A stretch of 64,000 bases of DNA from an uncultured Clostridia bacterium (GCA_934747385.1 CAKVGK010000002.1:2436-66435); one strand, 5' to 3'. Counted from the stretch's first letter, positions 44,814 through 54,546 are shown. Notes: a model not told the origin generated them from the letters alone. Program-made: numbers and translations.

Positions 44814-45581
44814 TTATTTTAAACTAACACTAATAGTTTCACTTTTTTCTTGTTTCTCTTGGACTGGAGCAGTTGTGGAGGTGGACTCTTCTTGAGTTTT
44901 TATGGTATTTTCAACCTCTTTTTCATTTTTAAACTTTTTGTGCTTTTCAGCCTTTTTCTTTTTCTCTTTCAGGTGCTCTTTTTTTGGCTTGCGTAAAAGT
45001 GCTCCCCAAAGAATAAATGCAATTTGCAGTGGAATGCCAACAAAGTAAATAATCCAAACATTGTATTGAATCAATTGAACATGCAAGCACACCAGTGTTG
45101 ACCACAACAAGAAAGATAAAATCCAAAATAACCACTGGCGTTTGCCCCAAATTGAGTTGAACACAATCAAAACAATGAACGAAGTGGGCACAGACCATAA
45201 AAATAACATGTAAAGGTTTCCGCCTGAAACAATTTTATTGGAAACATACCAAATTGTTGCGGCAATCCAAACAGTACAAACAGCCAAAAGGGAGATAATC
45301 AATTTTGTTGGGAACAATCTATCTCTTATAGGCACTTTTGTCTCTTCTTCTGCACACAAAGAGTCATTTTTCTGCGTTAAATCGTCCAAAGTTACGCCAT
45401 AAAAACTGGCCAATTGGAAAAGAATGTCAATGCTTGGCAAAGATTCACCTTTTTCCCATTTTGAAATGGATTTGTCGGAATAATTAAATTTTTCAGCCAA
45501 TTCAAGTTGTGTGAGTTTTTTGCTTCTTCTTAGCTTTTGCAAATTTTGCCCAATTATCAGGTTTATATCTTCGTTTGTCAT
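44814..45581 (-). CDS. Membrane-tethered XRE-family HTH regulator
   Basis: The HTH_3 pattern (QNLQKLRRSKKLTQLELAEKFNYSDKSISKWEKGESLPSIDILFQLASFYGVTLDDL) is followed by four TM helices and a K/E-rich tail. I prefer the ATG at 45581 with a GAGG RBS. Confidence 0.75.
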   Translation of the reverse strand: MTNEDINLIIGQNLQKLRRSKKLTQLELAEKFNYSDKSISKWEKGESLPSIDILFQLASFYGVTLDDLTQKNDSLCAEEETKVPIRDRLFPTKLIISLLAVCTVWIAATIWYVSNKIVSGGNLYMLFLWSVPTSFIVLIVFNSIWGKRQWLFWILSFLLWSTLVCLHVQLIQYNVWIIYFVGIPLQIAFILWGALLRKPKKEHLKEKKKKAEKHKKFKNEKEVENTIKTQEESTSTTAPVQEKQEKSETISVSLK

Positions 45582-45678
45582 ATTTACCTCATAATAATAT
45601 AAATATTTTACAATATTGGAAAAAATATTGCAAACGATTTGAACTATTCTCTTCAAATTAGAGCAATTATCAAACAAT

Positions 45679-46719
45679 CTAAGATTTTGAGAGTCGGTTT
45701 TTAATAATTTTGAGAGAGTTGAGTGCTAGATTGAAGTCACATTTGCTGCAAGAAAGACCAATTTTAATTTTGTCTTTTAAACTTAGCATAAGATTGCAGT
45801 TCTCTTTCCCATTTTTACAAACCAAAAAATTTTGTTTAGTATCACAAAAAGAACTAATTTTTGTGCCAGGTTTTGCCAGATTAAAAATATTTTTAACAAT
45901 CAAAACAGTTCCAGTTCCATTTAAAAGTTTTGCACAGTCCTTGTGAACAACTTTGGCGTCATATTGTGTCATTATATCAAGATTGGCGTAGGAAAGTTCA
46001 TCAAATGATTTCGTTTTACATATGTTTGGATTGATAGGGAACACGCCATTAACGTCAGTCCAGTTTTCGTAAATGTTGACACCCAAACATTTGGCAATAA
46101 TGCTGCCAGTCAGGTCACTTCCACCTCGGCTGAAAAGTTTGATTTTTTTAACTTTAGTTTTTATGTTTTTTGTAACAGATTCTTGTTGAGAAATATTTTT
46201 ATTGTCAATAAAATATTCTTCGTAGCAAGCGTAAAACCCAGGAATAATTATTTTTTTATATTTTAGCACATATTTTTTTAAATTTTTTTCAGTTTTTTTA
46301 TAATTTATTTTATTTTTTTCAAAAAATATTACATTTTCTGCGGGAATTAATTTAATTTTTAAATATTTTGACATTATCATTGAGGTTAAAAATTCTCCAC
46401 GCGAAATGAAAAAATCTTTATCGTTATCTTGGTCAAATTTTTTGCAATAATGCTCAATGATTTCATTAATATTTAATTTGACATTTGTGTTATGGCAAAG
46501 CCTTTGCAGTTTTTCAGCAATACACTTTTTAATTTTACTTTTATTTGTGTTTTTATGGGTGTAGGCGATAAGTAAGTCAGTTAGTTTTTTATCTTTGTCA
46601 TTTTCTTTTCCAATTGCGGAAAAAACCCAAATTGTCCTTTCATTGTTGTTTAGACTTGCAACATTTTTTATTGCCTGTTTGCCGGTTGTTGCTTTGCCTC
46701 CAAATTTGCACACTATCAT
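45679..46719 (-). CDS. Aspartate kinase-like amino acid kinase (short form)
   Basis: MIVCKFGG...S and SRGGSDLTGS motifs. Lies in an operon with dapB and dapA. Confidence 0.65.
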   Translation of the reverse strand: MIVCKFGGKATTGKQAIKNVASLNNNERTIWVFSAIGKENDKDKKLTDLLIAYTHKNTNKSKIKKCIAEKLQRLCHNTNVKLNINEIIEHYCKKFDQDNDKDFFISRGEFLTSMIMSKYLKIKLIPAENVIFFEKNKINYKKTEKNLKKYVLKYKKIIIPGFYACYEEYFIDNKNISQQESVTKNIKTKVKKIKLFSRGGSDLTGSIIAKCLGVNIYENWTDVNGVFPINPNICKTKSFDELSYANLDIMTQYDAKVVHKDCAKLLNGTGTVLIVKNIFNLAKPGTKISSFCDTKQNFLVCKNGKENCNLMLSLKDKIKIGLSCSKCDFNLALNSLKIIKNRLSKS

Positions 46720-47363
46720 AGCAGTTCCTCAATTGAATAAAATCCAGCGGGTGAGTTTGTTAACTTTTCGCAAACTTTTATTGCACCCTCGCAAAAGCAA
46801 TTTCGGCTTAAAGCGGTGTGTTTTATTTCAACAACCTCATTCTCGCCAAAAGCCACTAAAGAATGCTCTCCAATAATGCTTCCAGCACGCACGGCAAAGG
46901 TTTCTGGACGTATGTTTAGTTTGTCAAGCTTATAAATAATTTGTTTTGCTGTTCCGCTTGGTGCGTCTTTCTTTTGTTTGTGGTGAATTTCAGTCAAAAC
47001 AAAATCGTAATCTTTTACGGCAGCCATGCACTCAAGCATTTTTGAAAAAGCCATAACGCCAACACTCAAATTGGGGCATAAGGCAATGGCAATATTTTTG
47101 CTTGCAAGTTTCATTAACTTTAAATTGTTTTTATCATGATTTGTGCAGGCAATCAAAATTGGCTTTTTCTTTGCCTTGGCAAGTTGTAAATTTTGTTCTA
47201 AAGCCTGAGGGGAAGAGAAGTCCACAATAACATCAAATTGCTCTTTATTTGCCTGTTCAAAATTTTGTTTATCGACCGCAAAAAAATCAATATTTTTGTT
47301 TGTCATATATTTTTGCATTTGTGTTCCCATTCGTCCATTTGCACCAATTAATAGAATTTTCAT
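46716..47363 (-). CDS. dapB: 4-hydroxy-tetrahydrodipicolinate reductase (short form)
   Basis: MKILLIGANGRMG and EIHHKQKKDAPSGTA motifs. Confidence 0.85.
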   Translation of the reverse strand: MKILLIGANGRMGTQMQKYMTNKNIDFFAVDKQNFEQANKEQFDVIVDFSSPQALEQNLQLAKAKKKPILIACTNHDKNNLKLMKLASKNIAIALCPNLSVGVMAFSKMLECMAAVKDYDFVLTEIHHKQKKDAPSGTAKQIIYKLDKLNIRPETFAVRAGSIIGEHSLVAFGENEVVEIKHTALSRNCFCEGAIKVCEKLTNSPAGFYSIEELL

Positions 47364-47464
47364 TAAAACCTCATTGATATAAAATTTTAAAAATAATTAA
47401 AAAAATGTTTAAAATATTAAGAAAAACGCGCAAAAAATTGAAATTTTTTAAAAATATATTAATT

Positions 47465-48322
47465 TTAATTAAATTTTTTTATAATTTCTTTTAAAGATTT
47501 TTTAATTTTATTTTTATTTTCTTCAGTTAGAATTGTTAATGGTTTTCTAACAATGTTTTTGCAAAGACCAAATTCACTCAATGCTAATTTAACAGGAATA
47601 GGGTTAACTTCACAAAACAATAAACTATTAATTTCAAACAACGCATTGTGCAAATTTTTGCTGCATTCTTGGTTTTGCCATTGGTTGCAAACAAGGTTTG
47701 GGAATATATTGCTTGTCACGCTTATGCAGCCATCTCCGCCATGACTAAAGAATAAATGATTGAATTTGTCGTTGCCGCTGTAAACTGGCTTGTGATGATT
47801 ATTTAGCAATTTCAAAATTTGGTCAATATCTCCACTGGCTTCTTTTGTTCCTATCATGTAATTCAATTTTTCCAACTCCAAAATGGTTTGAGGTTGAATG
47901 TTTAATCCTGTTCGGCTTGGAACATTGTAAACAATAAAAGGGAATTTGACTTTGTTAATTTCTTTGTAATGTTCAATCAATCCAAGTTGTGTGCATTTGT
48001 TGTAATATGGGCTTACAACCACCGCACCATCAGCACCAAGTTTTTTTGCCTGCTTTGTGTTTTTAACAGCCTGCAAAGTGGAATTGCAACCTGTGCCAAC
48101 AAGCAGAAAGCAACGCCCATGAATTTGTTGCACACAAAATTGAATTATCTGTTTGCGCTCTTTTGGTAAAATAGTGGGAGATTCACCAGTTGTTCCCAAA
48201 ATTAAAATGGCGTCAATTTGATTTGCAATTTGAAATTCAATCATTTTTTCCAAGGAGGAATAATCAATTTCATTTTTTTTGTTAAATGGGGTTGCCAAAG
48301 CGGTGCAAGTTTTAAATTTCAT
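47465..48322 (-). CDS. dapA: 4-hydroxy-tetrahydrodipicolinate synthase
   Basis: LGTTGES motif, YNVPSRTG and the GTKEASG lysine motif. Confidence 0.9.
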   Translation of the reverse strand: MKFKTCTALATPFNKKNEIDYSSLEKMIEFQIANQIDAILILGTTGESPTILPKERKQIIQFCVQQIHGRCFLLVGTGCNSTLQAVKNTKQAKKLGADGAVVVSPYYNKCTQLGLIEHYKEINKVKFPFIVYNVPSRTGLNIQPQTILELEKLNYMIGTKEASGDIDQILKLLNNHHKPVYSGNDKFNHLFFSHGGDGCISVTSNIFPNLVCNQWQNQECSKNLHNALFEINSLLFCEVNPIPVKLALSEFGLCKNIVRKPLTILTEENKNKIKKSLKEIIKKFN

Positions 48323-48511
48323 ATGTCACCTCTTACATCTTGTGATATATATTTTAATGCTTTAAATTAATCAAGTGTGAAAAGACTCTTTTAAACCTTT
48401 AAAACAATTGGCAACAAATTGCAAGCGAAATTCCAATTTCAATTTTGACACTTCTTAACAATAAATAATGCTTAAAATAAGCAAATTTTTGCATATGTCG
48501 GTACATCCTGC

Positions 48512-48540
48512 TTGACAAGTTTTCTGCTGAATGATATCAT
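48512..48540 (+). promoter_or_regulatory. Promoter for the 48597 gene
   Basis: TTGACA (48512-48517), 17-nt spacer, TATCAT (48535-48540). Confidence 0.45.
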
Positions 48541-48596
48541 GAATTTTCGCGATATCAAATAAATAACGAATGAATATCGCAGAGTAAAAGGAGATT

Positions 48597-49358
48597 ATGG
48601 AAGACACTGTCAACATTGAAAAAACCACTTTCAAGTCAAAAGCCGATTTTGAAAGAGCGATTAATAAATACATTTCAAAAATCAACAAAACGGATGAGTT
48701 TGTTCTGTTTGCGCATCAAATTAATAATTTTAGGCAGTCAGTGGGGGAGCGTAATCCTCAAATTAAATTAAATTCTATTTTAACAAAAGGTTTAAATGCT
48801 TATAAATATAGCTCAGCGGACGGAACACTTAACTACATGGGTTTAAGCACAGAGTCTTGCACAATAGACAATGTCTTGAATTACGATTATCATAAATTTG
48901 GCGTGGGGCAAATAAACAATTTTCCAACCATTATTCTTGCTTTTCCTAGATTTATTAAATACGACGGCAAACAAGTTGAATTTGCAACCTCACCTTACAG
49001 CAAGGAAAAGCCAGGTTCTCACCAAAAGTTGGTTGCACTTTTAACGAAAAGAATTTCACAATATCACACAGTTGACACACAATATACTCCAAAAACTTGG
49101 CTTGATATTATGAAAGGCTTTGCGGATTTCGCAATAAAGGACACACTTTTTGCATTTTATCAACAGGCTGAAAACGAATATGTTTTGTTGTTGCCACACA
49201 CGCATTGGGTAGAGCAAAGCGCAGATAAATACGCCATTCACAAACACAATTTGGCAAAAATGGTTGAAAGTTTTAAAGGCAATTTGGAAGACGCTATTGT
49301 TTACGAAACCAAACAAAATCAGTTGATTGTTGACTCTTATTTGAACGATTACGATTGA
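48597..49358 (+). CDS. Hypothetical protein, no recognised family
   Basis: 253-aa ORF with an AAAGGAG RBS and normal composition. Confidence 0.55.
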   Translation: MEDTVNIEKTTFKSKADFERAINKYISKINKTDEFVLFAHQINNFRQSVGERNPQIKLNSILTKGLNAYKYSSADGTLNYMGLSTESCTIDNVLNYDYHKFGVGQINNFPTIILAFPRFIKYDGKQVEFATSPYSKEKPGSHQKLVALLTKRISQYHTVDTQYTPKTWLDIMKGFADFAIKDTLFAFYQQAENEYVLLLPHTHWVEQSADKYAIHKHNLAKMVESFKGNLEDAIVYETKQNQLIVDSYLNDYD

Positions 49359-49412
49359 CAAATTTAAAATTGTGTTGTATAATCCAGCATACAAACAAAA
49401 AGGTAGGTTATT

Positions 49413-49856
49413 ATGAAAGAAAAAACTTATGTTATGGTTAAACCAGGATTTGCAGATAATCCACAAGTTATCAAGTATGTTAAACAAAGGTTAAAACAGG
49501 CAGGATTAACAATCAATGAAGAGTCTTACATTTGCTACGATGAAAGCCACGCAAAACAACACTATGTTGATCATGTTTTAAAATCTTTTTATCCTGAATT
49601 GGAACAATATATAACAAGTAGTCCAGCATATGGAATGATTGTTACTGGTGAAAACGCAATCTCAACAATTCGCGCAATGGCTGGAGCAACAAAAAATCCT
49701 GAAGAAGGAACAATTAGATATGAAGTTCCAAAAATGTTGAACCTTCCAATAAGGGTTACTGAAAACGTTGTTCATTCTTCAGACAGTGTGGAAGCAGCTC
49801 AACGTGAAATTGCAATTTTTGAAGATTTGGTTAATAACAACACAAAAACAGTTTAG
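49413..49856 (+). CDS. ndk: Nucleoside diphosphate kinase
   Basis: KTYVMVKPGF..., catalytic NVVHSSDS motif, 147 aa. Confidence 0.85.
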   Translation: MKEKTYVMVKPGFADNPQVIKYVKQRLKQAGLTINEESYICYDESHAKQHYVDHVLKSFYPELEQYITSSPAYGMIVTGENAISTIRAMAGATKNPEEGTIRYEVPKMLNLPIRVTENVVHSSDSVEAAQREIAIFEDLVNNNTKTV

Positions 49857-49876
49857 CAAATGCTAAACTTTTTTTT
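49851..49876 (+). terminator. Rho-independent terminator after ndk
   Basis: GTTTAGCA-AA-TGCTAAAC followed by T8. It overlaps the stop codon. Confidence 0.75.
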
Positions 49877-49900
49877 GCGATTTACAACAATTTTTTAAGT

Positions 49901-49929
49901 TTGACTTGCTGATTTGAAAATTATATAAT
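49901..49929 (+). promoter_or_regulatory. Sigma-A-type promoter placing the TSS on the MTHFS ATG (leaderless)
   Basis: TTGACT (49901-49906), 17-nt spacer, TATAAT (49924-49929), then 7 nt to the ATG at 49937. No SD. Confidence 0.6.
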
Positions 49930-49936
49930 AATTAAA

Positions 49937-50506
49937 ATGAAAAAGACATTGCGCGAACAAATGAAGCAGAAAAGGAATAAACTTTCAACTTTTGAGGTTG
50001 AAAAATTTTCTCATCAAATTTTTGAAAATTTTAAAAAAGAATTAAAAAATTTAGGTTGTAACACTTTTTTTGTTTATAACAGTTTTGGCAAAGAAGTGCG
50101 CACAAATGAGATTGTTGAATTTTTGCTTAAAGGGGGCAAAAAAGTTTATATGCCTCGCGTTGAAGGCAAGCAAATGGTGGCAGTGCAAGTTCAGCAAAAC
50201 ACTCAATTTGCAATCAGCAACTATGGAATAATGGAGCCAGTTGGCAAGGCTGAGCAGATTGATGATTTTGTTTGTTTGGCTCCTTGCTTGGCGGTTGATA
50301 GTTTCGGCAATAGGTTGGGCTATGGTGGCGGCTATTACGACAGATTTTTGGCCAATAAACACTCAATTAACATAGCAATTTGCTTCAACTTTCAGTGCGT
50401 TGAAAAACTTGAACCCAATCAATTCGACCAACCCATGCACCTAATCATCACCCAAAATTCAGTTATTAAATTAAGTAGAGAAAAAGAATATTCAATCAAA
50501 TCTTAA
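49937..50506 (+). CDS. 5-formyltetrahydrofolate cyclo-ligase
   Basis: GYGGGYYDRFL motif and the typical length of about 190 aa. Confidence 0.85.
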   Translation: MKKTLREQMKQKRNKLSTFEVEKFSHQIFENFKKELKNLGCNTFFVYNSFGKEVRTNEIVEFLLKGGKKVYMPRVEGKQMVAVQVQQNTQFAISNYGIMEPVGKAEQIDDFVCLAPCLAVDSFGNRLGYGGGYYDRFLANKHSINIAICFNFQCVEKLEPNQFDQPMHLIITQNSVIKLSREKEYSIKS

Positions 50507-50514
50507 TTATAGCA

Positions 50515-50542
50515 AAAAAGCACTGCATGAAGCAGTGTTTTT
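50515..50542. terminator. Bidirectional terminator between convergent genes
   Basis: CACTGC-ATGAA-GCAGTG flanked by an A-run and a T-run. Confidence 0.65.
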
Positions 50543-50584
50543 GTATTTATTGAGAATCGTTATTTAAACATTATTGTTGATAAA

Positions 50585-51499
50585 CTAGTTTATTCTTTCA
50601 CGGACATAATATAAAGGCTTGTGTTTTGATTCAACAAAAGTGCGATAAACATAATTACCAATCAATGATAAACATACGATAATAACATTCGTACATATCA
50701 AAATAGTAAAGATAATTGATAAAGTACCAAGCAAATTGAAGTGTTTTGTGGCGACGCACGCTATTATTGAAATAATCAAACCAAAGAATGATAAAATCCC
50801 TAAAAACAATCCAGATTTAAACAATAAATCAATAGGGAGACTTGACTGGGAAAATATAATATCCTCAGCACTTTTTAGTCTCTTTTTAAAGTTATAACCA
50901 GACTTTCCTTCAAATCTGTTTTCTCGAACAACTTGAACACAACCCTGTTTAAAGCCTAATGAATTAACATAGCACACAAACCCTCTACTATTTTCGCGGT
51001 TTGAAATAACAGAATCAATAACAATTCGGCTATATATTCCAAAATTGCTTATATTGTTATCAATTTTTATTCCCATAATTTTTGAATAGGTGCTATAAAA
51101 CAATTTTGAGGTTAACTTCTTTAATTTTACATTTTTAATTTGAGCCAAGACATAGTCGTAATCATTTTGTTTTATTGTTTGATATAACAGCATAATATCT
51201 TCTGGCTTATCTTGTAAATCACAGTCCATAACCACAACATAATTGCCAGATGACGCATCAAGACCTGCCAAAATTGCTTTTTGTTGACCGAAATTTTTAG
51301 ACAAGTCTAAACCAATGATTTTATTGTTGTTATTACATTGTTTCTTAATTTCTGCCCAAGAATTCTTAGGGCAGTGGTCATTGACTAAAATAATTTCATA
51401 GTCATTTGTCAGTTCTGACAAGGTTTGAGTTAAGCGTTCGCACAAAGGTTGTATTGCTGCTGGACAGCCGTAAACAGGCACAACAACTGATATCTCCAT
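50585..51499 (-). CDS. Polyprenyl-phosphate glycosyltransferase (GT2; DPM1/GtrB/ArnC/CsbB architecture)
   Basis: VVVPVYG, SKNFGQQ, MDCDLQDKPED and RFEGKSGY motifs, followed by two C-terminal TM helices and a (K)PLYYV tail. Confidence 0.8.
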   Translation of the reverse strand: MEISVVVPVYGCPAAIQPLCERLTQTLSELTNDYEIILVNDHCPKNSWAEIKKQCNNNNKIIGLDLSKNFGQQKAILAGLDASSGNYVVVMDCDLQDKPEDIMLLYQTIKQNDYDYVLAQIKNVKLKKLTSKLFYSTYSKIMGIKIDNNISNFGIYSRIVIDSVISNRENSRGFVCYVNSLGFKQGCVQVVRENRFEGKSGYNFKKRLKSAEDIIFSQSSLPIDLLFKSGLFLGILSFFGLIISIIACVATKHFNLLGTLSIIFTILICTNVIIVCLSLIGNYVYRTFVESKHKPLYYVRERIN

Positions 51500-51508
51500 A
51501 ATAATCTC

Positions 51509-51841
51509 CTAAATATAAAATATAATAATTCCCACAATGATAATAAGGTTTCCAAGAATAACATTCCATGAAAGTTTTTCTTTTAGAATAAGCCAACTAA
51601 AAATTAAAATAAAAACATATCCTAGAGTTTCAATAATAGGGCCACTTGTGTATGCAATGCCTCGATATGCCAAAATTGTGAGTAGAGTTGAAACAATCAA
51701 AAGTAAATATCCTCCAATAACCAAAGGATTGAGGTATTCTTGCTTTATTGTTTTGTGGGGTTTGTTTGCACTTATCTTTAAAAGCAATTGAGAAATAGAT
51801 GCTATAAAGACAGATAAAATCATAATAAAATAATACATCAT
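51509..51841 (-). CDS. Small four-helix EamA/SMR-like membrane protein (ArnE-like flippase subunit candidate)
   Basis: 110 aa with four hydrophobic helices. Overlaps the upstream paralog by 4 nt. Confidence 0.6.
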   Translation of the reverse strand: MMYYFIMILSVFIASISQLLLKISANKPHKTIKQEYLNPLVIGGYLLLIVSTLLTILAYRGIAYTSGPIIETLGYVFILIFSWLILKEKLSWNVILGNLIIIVGIIIFYI

Positions 51842-52248
51842 TTTTTAATGTTTACAACAATTATTCCTACAATAACTATTGCTACTCCTATTAATTTAGT
51901 TGCAGAAAAAGATTCATTAAATATTGTTGCTCCCCAAATTAGAGTCCAAATTAGGGCAGTTGCTTTGAAAGCGTAAGAAATTGATAAGTTGAGATGCTTT
52001 ATAATTTGTTGCCAAATAATTGCATAAGCCCCTAAAATTAAAATTTCTAAACCATAAAATAAACAAAATTTAAAAGACAAGAAGGCTTCGCCTGAAGCAA
52101 ATTTTGCACATACCCCAGACAAAGAGGATAAAAATATTGAGGCTATCAACACTAAATATAAAACAACTTTCTTTTTAGTTGATAAAGATGTTACATTTGT
52201 TTCGTTTGTTACAGGTTTATTTGTTTGATTTGAATTGTTTTCTTCCAT
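51838..52248 (-). CDS. Small four-helix EamA/SMR-like membrane protein (ArnF-like flippase subunit candidate)
   Basis: 136 aa with a polar N-tail and four hydrophobic helices. The start overlaps the upstream SDR gene stop by 1 nt. Confidence 0.6.
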   Translation of the reverse strand: MEENNSNQTNKPVTNETNVTSLSTKKKVVLYLVLIASIFLSSLSGVCAKFASGEAFLSFKFCLFYGLEILILGAYAIIWQQIIKHLNLSISYAFKATALIWTLIWGATIFNESFSATKLIGVAIVIVGIIVVNIKK

Positions 52249-53255
52249 TACTTGTTTTTCCTATATTTAAACCAATCGTTGTAAAAATTATTTTCCATTT
52301 CATTTTTAAAGTCAATCATCATATCTTTGTAATTTGTAAATTTTGGAGCAAATCCAAAGTCATTAATAGATTTAGAAATGTCTAAGAAATAACTTGGAGA
52401 ATTATTTGGTTTTTCAGGTCTTAAAACTATTTTTGATTTTTTATCCTTACCAAAGACGTCTATAATTGTTTGAATCTGGTCTTTTAAATATAACTTGTTG
52501 CCATTAGAAATATTGTATACACCATATGCCTTGTCACTTTTTATTGCATCGCAACATGCGTCAACAAGGTCTTTTACATAAATTATATCACGATATAAAT
52601 TTTCATTTCCCCAAAGTTCTATATCTTCACCATTCTGTGCTTTCTCAATAAATGTTTGAATTCCAGACTTATATGCTTTGCCATCAACATAAATAGTGCC
52701 ATGTGGACCAACGCCATATACAGGAGGAAGCCTAAATATAATTGGTTTGAAGTTAAAGGTTGAGGCGTAGTGAAATATATAATCTATTGCTGCAAGTTTG
52801 CTTATAATGTAGGCACTGTGATCACCTGTATATTTTATTTTTCTTTCGGCATTTTCTTTGATGGGCTGACCATTAATTCCGTTGGCAAGGATATCAGAAT
52901 AAGATGAAGTATACAAAAAGTTAGGTATTTTGTTTTTTACACAATATTCTAGGGCATAAATTGTACCTAATACGTTTGTCTTTACATAGTCTTCAGAATC
53001 ATCAAAATTTGAATCATCATATTTAATATTTGCAGGCAGTCTGCCAGCAAACATAATAATTGCTTCTACGTTTGAAGTTGGCAATTTGCTAAAATCTTCT
53101 TTTTTATTAATGTCTAATTGAACCCAAGTCAAATTTTTATGTTCAAAACTTGGTTTCTTTGAAAAATAAGTTCCAACAACTTGTTCGTTTTCGTCAAGAA
53201 GCTTTTTAACCATATAGCTACCAATAAAGCCACTTGCTCCCAAAACTAATATCAT
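52248..53255 (-). CDS. NAD-dependent sugar-nucleotide epimerase/dehydratase/reductase (extended SDR)
   Basis: GASGFIGS Rossmann motif and YIISK (YxxxK). Confidence 0.8.
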   Translation of the reverse strand: MILVLGASGFIGSYMVKKLLDENEQVVGTYFSKKPSFEHKNLTWVQLDINKKEDFSKLPTSNVEAIIMFAGRLPANIKYDDSNFDDSEDYVKTNVLGTIYALEYCVKNKIPNFLYTSSYSDILANGINGQPIKENAERKIKYTGDHSAYIISKLAAIDYIFHYASTFNFKPIIFRLPPVYGVGPHGTIYVDGKAYKSGIQTFIEKAQNGEDIELWGNENLYRDIIYVKDLVDACCDAIKSDKAYGVYNISNGNKLYLKDQIQTIIDVFGKDKKSKIVLRPEKPNNSPSYFLDISKSINDFGFAPKFTNYKDMMIDFKNEMENNFYNDWFKYRKNK

Positions 53256-54403
53256 TTGTTTAAAACCTCCAACAATTTTTTTCTATCATCAAAATGCATG
53301 ATTGCATAACCAAGTCTAGATGAACTATCCACAACTTCGTTTTCATTTATTGTTTCTGGCAAATCCATTTGAATTATATTTCTTTTACGTATTTTTTTAA
53401 CAATATCCAGATCGGTTTGATTGAATATGTATTTTATTCCAACGTTTTTATAAACTGGCTTAAAATCTGCTTGCAAATTCAAAGGATTGCCAACCGCGCA
53501 ATCAATACAATATTTTACAAAATCATGGCCGGTGGAATATTTAACTAGGTCACTTCCAATAAAATCGCCACCCATTCTACTTCCAATTTCAATAATTTTA
53601 ATCGTTCTGCTTGCAGTGTCCCACTTAAATTCGCTATGAGAGCAACCCTGTTTAATATTCAAGGCGTTTAATGCTTCATAGATTGACTTTTCAATAATTT
53701 TTAATTCTGCTTTGTTAAAACCAGATGGTTCGATATGTCCGGTTTCAATAAAGTTTGGTGCACCAGTTGTGAATTTTTTTGTCACAGCAAGCATTGTATG
53801 CTTTCCATTTTGTGAAATACACTCGGCTGAAAATTCATCTCCTTCCAAAAATTCTTCAATAATAGCCTTTTTTTCAAAGGATTGTTCAAAAGCATTTTCT
53901 AATGCGGTGTCAAGTTCTTCTGTGCTGAATATTTTTGTAATCGCTCTACTTCCAGACCTGTCGGTTGGTTTTACAATAAGTGGAAATTTAAAATTTGAAA
54001 TATTCACTTCCTGAATGTTTGAAACAACTTCAAATTTAGGGCATTCAATACCATGTCTAGAAAAACATGATCTCATTAAATATTTGTTTGTGCTGTTTGT
54101 TGTACACTCTACGCTGTTGCCTGGCAAATTTAATTCTTTTGCCAACTTATTAACAGTGATATTTGCTAAGTCACTTGCAATAGTACAAATACCGCATGGG
54201 TGGATTTGTTTTAATATTTCCAAAATTTTTGAAATATTTTTAATGTCTATATCATAAAATTTATCAATAAAATCAAAACCTGTGGCCCCAGTTTTCCATG
54301 CAAACACATGTGTTTCATAACCTAATATCTTTGCTTTTTTAATTAATGGTAATTGCAAATAACTTGCGCCAATAATCGCTAATTTTTTTATTTTTTGACT
54401 CAT
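53252..54403 (-). CDS. ATP-grasp domain ligase
   Basis: FPLIVKPTDRSGSR, IIEEFLEGDEFS and SRMGGD patterns typical of the ATP-grasp fold. Confidence 0.75.
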   Translation of the reverse strand: MSQKIKKLAIIGASYLQLPLIKKAKILGYETHVFAWKTGATGFDFIDKFYDIDIKNISKILEILKQIHPCGICTIASDLANITVNKLAKELNLPGNSVECTTNSTNKYLMRSCFSRHGIECPKFEVVSNIQEVNISNFKFPLIVKPTDRSGSRAITKIFSTEELDTALENAFEQSFEKKAIIEEFLEGDEFSAECISQNGKHTMLAVTKKFTTGAPNFIETGHIEPSGFNKAELKIIEKSIYEALNALNIKQGCSHSEFKWDTASRTIKIIEIGSRMGGDFIGSDLVKYSTGHDFVKYCIDCAVGNPLNLQADFKPVYKNVGIKYIFNQTDLDIVKKIRKRNIIQMDLPETINENEVVDSSSRLGYAIMHFDDRKKLLEVLNK

Positions 54404-54410
54404 GTCCTCA

Positions 54411-54440
54411 ATATTAGCATTTTTTTTGATATTTTGTCAA
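54411..54440 (-). promoter_or_regulatory. Promoter for the minus-strand sugar operon
   Basis: Minus strand: TTGACA, 18-nt spacer, TAATAT, then 7 nt (TGAGGAC) to the ATG at 54403. Confidence 0.45.
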
Positions 54441-54492
54441 ATGATTATATTTATTGTTGAAAAATAAAATAAAAAGTTCTTTGTATAATGCT

Positions 54493-54521
54493 TTGACTTA
54501 TTTTTCTTGTGGTTTTATAAT
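54493..54521 (+). promoter_or_regulatory. Promoter for the plus-strand sugar operon
   Basis: TTGACT (54493-54498), 17-nt spacer, TATAAT (54516-54521). Confidence 0.55.
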
Positions 54522-54546
54522 AGTTAAACAATTAAAAGGGAAAATT

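Noticed and set aside
45679-46719. Aspartokinase pseudogene (short, with a Lys-rich insertion and no clear twin ACT domains)
   Set aside because: The frame is intact and translationally coupled to dapB (4-nt overlap), and the catalytic KFGG and GGSD motifs are present. It is better treated as a short, divergent but functional form.
48323-48596. Lysine riboswitch (L-box) upstream of dapA-dapB-aspartokinase
   Set aside because: I read the minus-strand leader and did not find the conserved L-box core elements or a terminator/antiterminator pair. The region looks like an ordinary AT-rich divergent promoter spacer. An Infernal scan would be needed for certainty.
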